Below, piece by piece: positions 9,255-17,416 of a DNA stretch of 61,285 nt. The stretch is from the NCBI GenBank assembly GCA_963755025.1, contig CAVWIH010000039.1:1-61285 (forward strand), written 5' to 3'. Origin of the DNA: an uncultured Actinomycetes bacterium (lineage in GTDB: Bacteria; Actinomycetota; Thermoleophilia; UBA2241). The position numbers and the translations under genes are program-made. The first letter of the stretch is position 1, and each line of letters starts with the position of its first letter. Below the pieces are notes generated by a model. The model saw only the letters and a program-made list of their open reading frames with translations, was not told the DNA's origin and searched no databases.

Positions 9255-9302
9255 TGATGGGGCGGCGACGTCGCGCGCCGCGGACTGCGATAGAGTCGCA
9301 TC

Positions 9303-10244
9303 ATGAGGCCCCAGACGATCGCGCGCGACCACGTCACCCCCGACCAGGCAGCCCTCGAGCCCATGAGCGCCCTGGGGCGCTGGTGGCTCGCGGTACGCCC
9401 CAAGACGCTGCCGGCGGCGGCGACCGGCGTGCTCGTGGGCAGCGCGCTGGCGTGGCGCGACGGGGGCTTCGCCCTCGCGCCGGCCCTGGCCGCGCTGGGC
9501 GTGGCGCTGCTGCTGCAGATCGCGAGCAACCTGGCGAACGACGTCTACGATCACGAACGCGGCGCCGACACCGCCGAGCGGCTCGGTCCGCTGCGGGTGA
9601 CGCAGTCGGGCCTGCTCAGCCGCGCCCAGGTCAAGCGCGGCCTCAAGGTCGTGCTCGCTCTCGCCCTGGCGCTCGGCGTGTACCTCACGTTCGTGCGAGG
9701 ACCGCTGGTGCCCGTCGTCGGCCTGGCGGCGATCGCCGCCGCCGTCGCCTACACGGGCGGGCCGTACCCGCTCGGCTACCACGGCCTCGGCGAGGTGTTC
9801 GTCTTTGCCTTCTTCGGGCTGACCGCGGTGGTGGGCACGTATTGGGTGCAGAGCGGCGCGACGTCGGGCCTCGCCTGGCTCATGGGCGCGGCCGTAGGGG
9901 GCGTGATCACCGCCATCATCGTGGTGAACAACCTGCGCGACGTAGCCCAGGACCGGCTCGCCGGCAAGCGCACGGTGGCGGTCCGCATAGGCGTGCGGGC
10001 CACGCGCTACGAGTATCTGGCGCTGATGGCGCTGCCCTACGCGCTGCTGACGGTCGCCGTGATCGCCGGCGCCCTGCCGCCGGCGACGCTCCTTGCCTGG
10101 CTGTCGTTGCCGCTGGCGGCGCGGGCCACGCGCCGCGTCTTCGTGCAGACAGGGCGGCAGTTGAACGCCGCCCTGGCCGAGACCGGCCAGACAGGCCTGC
10201 TCTACGCCGCGCTGTTCGCGCTCGGCGTGGTGCTCGCGCGCTGA
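9303..10244 (+). CDS. menA: 1,4-dihydroxy-2-naphthoate polyprenyltransferase
   Basis: RPKTL, NLANDVYD..GAD, YTGGPYPLGYHGLGE, NNLRD..DRLAGKRT UbiA/MenA motifs. Confidence 0.9.
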   Translation: MRPQTIARDHVTPDQAALEPMSALGRWWLAVRPKTLPAAATGVLVGSALAWRDGGFALAPALAALGVALLLQIASNLANDVYDHERGADTAERLGPLRVTQSGLLSRAQVKRGLKVVLALALALGVYLTFVRGPLVPVVGLAAIAAAVAYTGGPYPLGYHGLGEVFVFAFFGLTAVVGTYWVQSGATSGLAWLMGAAVGGVITAIIVVNNLRDVAQDRLAGKRTVAVRIGVRATRYEYLALMALPYALLTVAVIAGALPPATLLAWLSLPLAARATRRVFVQTGRQLNAALAETGQTGLLYAALFALGVVLAR

Positions 10245-10338
10245 CGCCATCGTCGGGCGCCGAGGCGTCCCGTCGGTCGGGCGTGAACGACTTCGCCATG
10301 GCGGCGAGCTCTTCGGCGCTCCAGGAGGTCTGCCAGAC

Positions 10339-11708
10339 TCAGCCGTAGTCGCGAAACTGCGGCCAGATCTGCGGCCACGGCAGCTTCTGGCCGCGACAGA
10401 GCCAGACCGGCATGGCTTCTTCGTCGTTGCTCACGCCGTACGTGTTGCGGATCGTCGCCGCCCGGCTGACCGACGCGAAGTAGCGCAGCAACCAGGGCCG
10501 GGCCCCGCTGCCGAACCCGACCAGCACGGTCGTGCCGAGGGCGGGGCGCGGCGGGCCCCACCACCAGAAGCTGTTATGGCCGCTGAAGGCGCCGGGCAGG
10601 CCCAGCGCCGGGCCGTAGCGGTCGATGGCGCCGGCTTCGCCGTAGTTGCCGGTCACGATGACCGCGCTGCGACGTTCGCCCGGCGGCAACGACTCGTAGA
10701 CCGCAGCGACCGTGTGGACGAGCTCCGGCCAGCCCACCTCTTCGCCCAGGTTGTAGTTGACGTTCTGCAGGGGCACGGCGGCCAGCTGTCGCGGCGAGAG
10801 CACGGGCAGGGCTATGGGCAGCGTGAGGACGGCGAGCACGACCACGAAGCCCACTGCCGCCCGGGGCGAGCGCCAGATCAAGCGCCGGCGCGGGGGACGG
10901 TCCGCAAAGAAGCGCCGCCGGCCGGCCACGACCTCTTCGGTGACGACGGCGCCCGCCGCCAGCAGCACGACGAAGAGCGGCCCCAGGTAGTAGGGCCGGT
11001 CGCCCATGAAGATCAGCAGCGAGACGAACAGCACGACCCAGGCGACGGCGAAGGCGCGGTAGGCCCGGTAGCGCGCCTCTCGCCACAGCGCCCAGAGGCC
11101 GGCGAGCCAGACGGGCAGCGCCCAGACCCCGGGCAGCAGGAGGATGATGAAGGGGAACGTGAGACTGTCGCCAAGCCCCGAGTGCTCGCGCCGCAGGCTC
11201 GCCGACATGGCGAAGGTCGGCCAGCCGTGGCGCGCCTGCCAGACGATCACCGGAGACCAGACGGCCAGGGCGATCAGCGCCGCCAGCCAGAGCCAGGGGC
11301 TGCGGAAGACGCGCGCTCGGCCGGTCACCAGAAAGCCCACGGTGAGGCCGATCAGCCAGGCACTGCGCGAAGCGGCGCCCGCCGAGCTCCGCGGGCGACG
11401 AGGCCGGTCACGAACACCGTGAGCGCGAAGGCCAGCGCGGGGAAGAGGCGCAAGCCGAGCAGCGAGTCGCCGAACAGGACCCGCGCCAGCGCCACGAGGG
11501 CTATGGAACCCACCGGCTGATCGACGTAGCCCCAGGCGAGGTGTCGCGAAGCTTCGAGAAAGTAGAGCTCGTCGCGGTGATAGCCGTTGCGCGAAGCGAA
11601 GGCGAGCAGCAGGGCCAGAGCGCCGATGCCGATGGCAAGCAGCGGCCACAGGGCGATGGGCGGAAGGTCGTTGGGGGCACCGTCATGCGCGGGCTCGAGA
11701 TCTTCCAC
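10339..11708 (-). pseudogene. Glycosyltransferase family 39 (ArnT/PMT-like), frameshifted with probable internal deletion
   Basis: N-terminal GYHRDELYF..LAWGYVDQP and C-terminal WQARHGWP..NYGEAGAIDRYG..SGHNSFWWWGPP lie in different frames; disruption at ~11355-11390. Confidence 0.75.
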
Positions 11709-11899
11709 GTATCGCCCTCCTTTCGTTCTCGCGCCGGCGCGCCGCGTGTCGAGGCGCCCGTGGCCGTCGCCGGTCTGCCGCGGCTGGGGGCCGGCGAGTC
11801 GTCCACCGGTCTTCCTGCGGCGACGAGTCTATCGCGCGATCGCCCGCCTTGCCTCTGCCGAACGCGAGCGAGCGAACACGAGCGCAAGGGCTCTCTGGC

Positions 11900-11942
11900 T
11901 TGACCGTGCCATGACTGAAAGCTATAGTCCAGTCTGGACTAT
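11900..11942 (+). promoter_or_regulatory. Sigma70 promoter with overlapping palindromic operator (likely PadR)
   Basis: TTGACC-N17-TATAGT; perfect inverted repeat ATAGTCCAG-T-CTGGACTAT at 11924-11942. Confidence 0.75.
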
Positions 11943-11963
11943 GCCACAGTGGAAGTGAGCCCT

Positions 11964-12579
11964 ATGCCTTCTGAGAACAAGACGCGCTACGCCGTGCTCG
12001 GCCTGCTGAACATGGCGCCCATGACCGGCTATCAGATACGCAAGATCTACGAGACCAGCCTCGGCCACTTCTGGAGCGAGAGCTACAGCCATCTCTACGC
12101 GATCCTCAAGGTGCTCGCGGTGGAGGGGCTGGCGACGGCCGAGGTCGTCCCCGGCAACGGGCGGCCCGACCGACGCGTCTACGCCATCACCGACCGCCGG
12201 GCGCACGGCCCTCACCGACTGGCTCGCGCGGCCCGCCGCCGAGCAGCGCGAGCGGATCGAGGTCCTGCTCAAGGTCTTCCACGGGGCCACGGTCGGTCCC
12301 GACGTGACGGCCGAGCACGTGCGCGCCACAAAGGCCGAGCACGAAGCTCTGCTCGCGCGCTACGCCGAGTACGCCGACGACCTCAAGCACCACGTGGCGG
12401 CCGATCCCGACCACACCTACTTCCTGCTCACGCTGCGCTGCGGCCAACGGACCAGCGAGGCCATGGTCGCGTGGTGCGACGAAGCGCTCGAAACACTCGC
12501 CGCGCTCGCCCCAGCCGCGCCCCCTGCGCCCGGCGAGGCCGTCCGAGACGACACCGGCACTCCGAAGGAGGGGCGATGA
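11964..12579 (+). CDS. PadR family transcriptional regulator (one +1 frameshift near 12195)
   Basis: YAVLGLL..PMTGYQI..HFWSESYSHLY..GRPDRRVYAIT; removing one C restores TDAGRTALTDWL and a typical helical C-terminal domain. Confidence 0.8.
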
Positions 12580-13154
12580 ACGCACTGATCATGGACGGCA
12601 GCGCGGCCGGCGACGCGGCCGCGGCGGCCGTCAAGGCCGCGCTCGTGGAATCGCTGCGCGCGGCGGACTGGCAGCCCGACGACTGGGTGCTGCGCGACAC
12701 GCGCATCGCGCCCTGCGACGGCGACTTCGGCTGCTGGATCAAGACGCCGGGCCGCTGCGTGCACGCCGACGCCGGCCGCGAGGTGTCGCCGCGCATGATG
12801 GCGGCCGACCTCGTCGTGCTGTTCACGCGCGTCACGTTCGGTGGCTTCTCGTACGAGCTCAAGAAAGCCGTCGACCACGCCATCCCCGCGCTGCTGCCCT
12901 GGCTTGACGGCCAGGGCGGCACGACGGGTCATCCCAATCGCTACGAGCACACGCCCGTCCTCGTCGGCGTCGGCCTCGCGGCCGGCGAGCACGGCGCGGC
13001 GGCTCGCCTGTTCGCCGCCCAGGTCGAGCGCATGGCGAGCAACCTGAGCCCGCGCGGCGGCCACGCCGTCGTGGTCGACCCGCAGGCGTCCGCCGAGCGC
13101 CTTCGTGGCGCGTTTGCCGAGGCGTTCGCCGCCGCGCACGCCGAGGTGGCCTGA
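12576..13154 (+). CDS. Flavodoxin family / NADPH-dependent FMN reductase-like protein
   Basis: RBS AAGGAGG, ATGA overlap; LIMDGS..IAPCDGDFGCWIKTPGRCVHAD..TFGGFSYELKKAVD. Confidence 0.8.
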   Translation: MNALIMDGSAAGDAAAAAVKAALVESLRAADWQPDDWVLRDTRIAPCDGDFGCWIKTPGRCVHADAGREVSPRMMAADLVVLFTRVTFGGFSYELKKAVDHAIPALLPWLDGQGGTTGHPNRYEHTPVLVGVGLAAGEHGAAARLFAAQVERMASNLSPRGGHAVVVDPQASAERLRGAFAEAFAAAHAEVA

Positions 13155-13894
13155 TGGACCCCCGCCGGGCCCTGCTGCTCGTCGGCAGCCCCAAGCCCGG
13201 GCGCAGCTCGTCGCTGGCTCTGGGCGAGCACCTGGTCGACGACCTCGCCCGTCGCGGCTGGGACACGGAGACGATCAAGCTGCGGCAGGTCATGAGCGAG
13301 CCCGACCGGCTGCGCGCCGCCGCCGCCGCCGCCGAGGTCGTCGTGCTGGCCTATCCGCTCTACGTGTTCGGCCTGCCGGCGCCGGTCGTGCTGAGCCTCG
13401 AGCGGCTCGCCGAGGCGGGCGACCGGGCCGCCGGCCCGGCGCACGCCGACGACGAGCGCAACGAGGCCGGTGCGCGGCAGCGCGACGGCGCGGGCGGCGC
13501 GGACCGGGTCGGGCCGGGGCGCCCTCGGCTGGTCGCTCTCGTCAACTGCGGGTTCCCCGAGCACGAGCACAACGACCTCTCGCTCGAGATGTGTCGGCTG
13601 TTCGCCGCGCAGGCGGGCTGGCACTGGTCGGGCGGGCTGTCGCTCGGCGGCGGCGGCGTGCTCGGCGGCAAGCCGCTCCGCGAGCGAGGGCCGCTGACCA
13701 GGTCGGCGCGCAAGGCGCTCGAGCTGACCGCGGCCGCCCTCGACGCCGGCCGCGACGTTCCCGGCGAGGCCGTGACGCTCATGGCCAAGCCGATGCTGCC
13801 GCCGCGCGCGTACCGCTGGATGGCCAACCACGGCTGGCGCCACGTGGCGCGCGCGAACGGCGTCGCCGGCAGGCTGGGCGAGCGGCCGTCGTAA
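13154..13894 (+). CDS. Flavodoxin-like NAD(P)H-dependent oxidoreductase
   Basis: LLVGSPK..SSS, YPLYVFGLP, VNCGFPE; TGATG coupling to the previous gene. Confidence 0.75.
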   Translation: MDPRRALLLVGSPKPGRSSSLALGEHLVDDLARRGWDTETIKLRQVMSEPDRLRAAAAAAEVVVLAYPLYVFGLPAPVVLSLERLAEAGDRAAGPAHADDERNEAGARQRDGAGGADRVGPGRPRLVALVNCGFPEHEHNDLSLEMCRLFAAQAGWHWSGGLSLGGGGVLGGKPLRERGPLTRSARKALELTAAALDAGRDVPGEAVTLMAKPMLPPRAYRWMANHGWRHVARANGVAGRLGERPS

Positions 13895-14016
13895 ACCGGG
13901 TGGGCGGCGCGCGCGGTAGCCGCGCCGGCCGACCTGCGCCATACTGCGGATTCCGGTCGCTCACCCGTCCTCCCGCCAACGAACGACCGGGAGTCTCGTC
14001 GGAGGCGAGTGCAACG

Positions 14017-14238
14017 ATGGAACGTGTCAGCCTTGCCCGCGCGCTCACCTGGAAGCGTCGCCGCGTGTTCCACCGCATGACGGTGAGCGGCGAGCTTGTG
14101 CGCGTGGCATCGATCGAACGCAAGGGGCGCCACTACCGCCTGACCCTCGACAACGGCAACAGCTTCCTGGTCGATCGCGACCACGTGCTCTACGCGCAGC
14201 CCAAAGAACAGCAGCTCCACCTCGGAGGCGACGAGTGA
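14017..14238 (+). CDS. Small hypothetical protein (73 aa)
   Basis: GGAGG upstream, good codon bias, beta-rich sequence MERVSLARALTWKRRRVFHRMTVSGELVRVASIERKGRHYRLTLDNG. Confidence 0.6.
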   Translation: MERVSLARALTWKRRRVFHRMTVSGELVRVASIERKGRHYRLTLDNGNSFLVDRDHVLYAQPKEQQLHLGGDE

Positions 14239-14326
14239 TCGTCGAGACCAGGCGGACAAGAGCGGCGACGCTCCGCGACCAGCCTGCGCGGGGGCGGCGG
14301 CCAGAGGCCGCCGCGAGAGTCGTCGC

Positions 14327-15064
14327 GTGAAGATCGCCCGCACCACGTTCGGGGCGAGCGACGCACGCTTGCCGCTGATCGCGATCACGGCGCCCGGCAA
14401 CGCCGCCAGCGCGGTCGTCGTCCACGGGTTCGGCGGCAACAAAGAGGAACTGCTCGGCCTCAGCTTCCGCGTAGCCGAGCTCGGCTTCGACACCTACACC
14501 ATGGACCTGCGCGGCCACGGCGAGAACGCAAACGCGCTCGATCCGGCCATGCTCGACGACGTCGAGGCGCTCATCGCCCACTGCCGGCGGGCGGGCGCGG
14601 TGGCGGCCGTCGGACACTCCCTGGGCGGCCGCCTGGCGCTGCTCAGCTCGGCCGACTACCGGGTGGGCATCTCGCCGGCCCTCGGCAAGACCTTCTCAGG
14701 CCGCACGCGAGACACGGTCAAGCGTCAGCGCAACCACCGGGTCAGCGAAGCGACCGACGACGCCGGCTTCGACATCATCGACGCGCTGCCCGACGTGAGC
14801 GCGCTGACCGCCCGCGACCTCATCCTCTACGGGTCGCGAGACGTGCCCGAGATCGTGGTCTCCTGCGAGGCCCTGCAACGTGACGGTCACCACGTCGTGC
14901 GGGTCGACGACGCCTTTCACGGCGACATCGTCGTGCTCGCCGCCACGTTCCGCGAGATCGGCCGGCTGTTGGCGGGCGCGGGCCGCGCCGGGGGGCAAGA
15001 TGACGCGACCCGCGCCGCCGCCGCGAAGCGTCGGGAGCTGCTCCCGCCGACGCGGCCGGCTTGA
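14327..15064 (+). CDS. Alpha/beta hydrolase
   Basis: VHGFGG, DLRGHG, nucleophile elbow GHSLGG. Confidence 0.8.
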   Translation: MKIARTTFGASDARLPLIAITAPGNAASAVVVHGFGGNKEELLGLSFRVAELGFDTYTMDLRGHGENANALDPAMLDDVEALIAHCRRAGAVAAVGHSLGGRLALLSSADYRVGISPALGKTFSGRTRDTVKRQRNHRVSEATDDAGFDIIDALPDVSALTARDLILYGSRDVPEIVVSCEALQRDGHHVVRVDDAFHGDIVVLAATFREIGRLLAGAGRAGGQDDATRAAAAKRRELLPPTRPA

Positions 15065-15084
15065 CCTGACGAAACCTCGTCAGG
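15065..15084. terminator. Hairpin between convergent genes
   Basis: CCTGACGA-aacc-TCGTCAGG 8-bp stem immediately after the stop. Confidence 0.4.
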
Positions 15085-15111
15085 CAGACCTGCGGCCAGA
15101 CGAACGTGTCG

Positions 15112-15270
15112 TCAGGCCGACCTGCGGGCGGCCACCTGCTCCTCGGTCGTCGTGCTGCTTTCCGGCGCGGGCACCAGGGTCAGGACCCGGGCAGGACTGC
15201 TGAACAGGTACGTCATGGCGGCTTCGGCGGCGGGCATCGCAGTCGGGTGTTCGAGCAGGTAACGGTCCAT
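15112..15270 (-). CDS. Small hypothetical protein (52 aa)
   Basis: Below the ORF cutoff; RBS GGAGGA then ATG; MDRYLLEHPTAMPAAEAAMTYLFSSPARVLTLVPAPESSTTTEEQVAARRSA. Confidence 0.5.
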   Translation of the reverse strand: MDRYLLEHPTAMPAAEAAMTYLFSSPARVLTLVPAPESSTTTEEQVAARRSA

Positions 15271-15322
15271 GTCATCCTCCACGTCTCAGGTCGAATGTTC
15301 GAGCGACCGCCCGACTGAGCAC

Positions 15323-15362
15323 AAAAAAAGGCGCCCCCGGTCGGTAATGACCGGGAAGCGCC
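15323..15362 (-). terminator. Rho-independent terminator upstream of the 52-aa ORF (leader or sRNA end)
   Basis: Minus strand GGCGCttCCCGGTC-attacc-GACCGGGgGCGCC-TTTTTTT; TAGACT -10-like box at 15406-15411. Confidence 0.7.
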
Positions 15363-15467
15363 ATTGCTCCCGTCGATGCAGTCGACACACCCTTGTGCCG
15401 CCGCTAGTCTACCCCAGTCCGCCGTGAATCAACCAAGCGCATACGGCATGCTGACCAACCACGACAC

Positions 15468-16352
15468 ATGATCGCCATTGCCGGAGGGCTCGGTGCGGCC
15501 TTCGCGTGGGCCGCCGGAACGTTGTGCTCGGCGCGCTCCAGCCGGCTGATCGGCGCCGCGTCGGTGCTCGCGTGGGTCATGCTGATCGGGCTCGTGGCGA
15601 ACCTCGCCGTAGTGGCCGCCGGCCCCCGGCCCGGTCCGTTGAGCGGCACCGACGTCGCGCTGCTGGTCACGGCCGGCGTGGGCAACGTGCTGGGGCTGTT
15701 CCTGGCCTACACGGCGCTGCGCAGCGGCAAGGTCGGCCTCATCGCGCCCATCGTCTCGACCGAGGGCGCCCTGGCCGCCGTGCTGGCGGTGGCCGCGGGA
15801 GAGTCGCTGGGCGCCGCGCCGCTCGCGCTGCTGGCCCTCATGGCTTCGGGGGTGGTGCTGGCGGCCGTCGCTCCCGAGGAGCCGCCCGCGCCCGATGCGC
15901 CCCCACCCAGCGGCGGCGCCGTGCCGCGCGGCCACCCCTCGAGGCCCGCCGCCCTCGCGGCGCTCGCCGCCCTGTCGTTCGGGGTGAGCCTGTTCGCCAC
16001 GGGGCGGCTGGGCGTCTCGCTGCCCCTGGGCTGGGCGCTGCTGCCGCCGCGCGTGGTCGGCGTGGTCGCGGTAACGATCCCCGTGGCGCTCAGCCGTCGG
16101 CTGCGGCTGACGGGCGCGACCCTGCCCCTGGTCGTCGTCGCCGGGCTGGCCGAGGTCGTGGGCTTTGCCTCCTACGTCGCCGGGGCGCGGCACGGCATCG
16201 CGGTGGCCGCCGTGCTCGCGTCGCAGTTCGCCGCCATCGCGAGCGTGTCCGCCTACGTGCTGTTCCGCGAGCGGTTGACCCGGCTGCAGCTCGGGGGCGT
16301 GGCGGTCATCGTGATCGGCGTCGCGGCCCTGACGGCCATCAAGGCCGGCTGA
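15468..16352 (+). CDS. EamA/DMT family transporter
   Basis: About 10 hydrophobic segments in two repeats; LFRERLTRLQLGG motif. Confidence 0.85.
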   Translation: MIAIAGGLGAAFAWAAGTLCSARSSRLIGAASVLAWVMLIGLVANLAVVAAGPRPGPLSGTDVALLVTAGVGNVLGLFLAYTALRSGKVGLIAPIVSTEGALAAVLAVAAGESLGAAPLALLALMASGVVLAAVAPEEPPAPDAPPPSGGAVPRGHPSRPAALAALAALSFGVSLFATGRLGVSLPLGWALLPPRVVGVVAVTIPVALSRRLRLTGATLPLVVVAGLAEVVGFASYVAGARHGIAVAAVLASQFAAIASVSAYVLFRERLTRLQLGGVAVIVIGVAALTAIKAG

Positions 16353-16364
16353 GCGGCAGCTCGG

Positions 16365-17135
16365 CTACTTCACGAAAAAGGCGATGGCGACGGCGAGCCC
16401 CAGCGCGACCACCACGCGGCGCAGCACCCCGGCGGGCACCCTGCCCGCGAAACGGCCGCCGAGCGACCCGCCGAGCACGGCGCCGACCGCCATGACGACC
16501 GCTGCCGGCCAGACGACCTTGCCGGTCGCGGCGAACAGCACGGCCGCGGCGCCGTTGGCCAGCAGCGACAAGGTCTGCTTGAGCGCGTTCACGCGCGTCA
16601 GCGAGTCGGGCAGCACGAACGAGAAGAGGGCGAGCATCACGATGCCGAGCCCCGCGCCGAAGTAACCCCCGTAGACCGCTCCGGCGAAGGCGGTCACGCC
16701 GACGCCGGTGAGGTTCGCTCGCCCGCCGGCGGGCTGTCGCTGCAGGCGTGCGACGACGTGGCGTTTGAGCCACGGCTCGGCTGCGAGCAGGCCGGTGGCC
16801 AGCAGGATCAGCCACGGTACCAGCGCGTCGAACAAGGCCGTGCCCGTCTTGAGCAGCAGGAGGCCGCCGACGGCGCCGCCGGCCACCGCGGGCAGCGCCG
16901 TCACCACCACGCGGGCGCGCTGTCCGCGCAGGTCACCGCGCTGTGCATAGGCGCCGCCCAGGTACCCCGGCGTCAGCGCGACCGTGTTGGTCACGTTGGC
17001 CCGGAGGGCGGGCACGCCCAGCGCGGTGAGCGCGGGAAAGGTGATCAGCGTGCCGCCTCCGGCGAGCGCGTTCACGGCGCCGCCGCCGACGGCGGCCAGC
17101 GCCAGCAGCCCAAGGTCGACTCCCGACAGGCTCAC
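16365..17135 (-). CDS. TauE/SafE sulfite exporter family protein
   Basis: NALAGGGTLITFP, ANVTN, YGGYFGAGLG, NALK; start placed at GTG 17135. Confidence 0.85.
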   Translation of the reverse strand: MSLSGVDLGLLALAAVGGGAVNALAGGGTLITFPALTALGVPALRANVTNTVALTPGYLGGAYAQRGDLRGQRARVVVTALPAVAGGAVGGLLLLKTGTALFDALVPWLILLATGLLAAEPWLKRHVVARLQRQPAGGRANLTGVGVTAFAGAVYGGYFGAGLGIVMLALFSFVLPDSLTRVNALKQTLSLLANGAAAVLFAATGKVVWPAAVVMAVGAVLGGSLGGRFAGRVPAGVLRRVVVALGLAVAIAFFVK

Positions 17136-17302
17136 GCGCCGCCGCCCAGTGCCGCCGGGCGGCGCGGCCGGTCGCCCGCGAGCACTCGCCGCGGCCCGCG
17201 CGAGGCTACGCCGCGCGGTGGCCGGCCTCGCTTTGCGGTCATGGCGGTCCTCCGTCGGTGTGCGGTACGTCGTGCCTGAGACTGGTGGAGCGTCCTTTGG
17301 TA

Positions 17303-17331
17303 CTAAAGACCTGCAGGGGCGTTGTCGATAT
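17303..17331 (+). promoter_or_regulatory. Sigma28 (FliA/WhiG/SigD)-type promoter for the giant adhesin
   Basis: CTAAAG-N15-GTCGATAT, 85 nt before the ATG. Confidence 0.6.
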
Positions 17332-17416
17332 TGGACACACTGCATCGACAAACCCAGCGCATCGTGCCCGCCTGCCTTGCGGGTCTGCTGCGCATTGACC
17401 TTCCCCGGGGGGAGCC

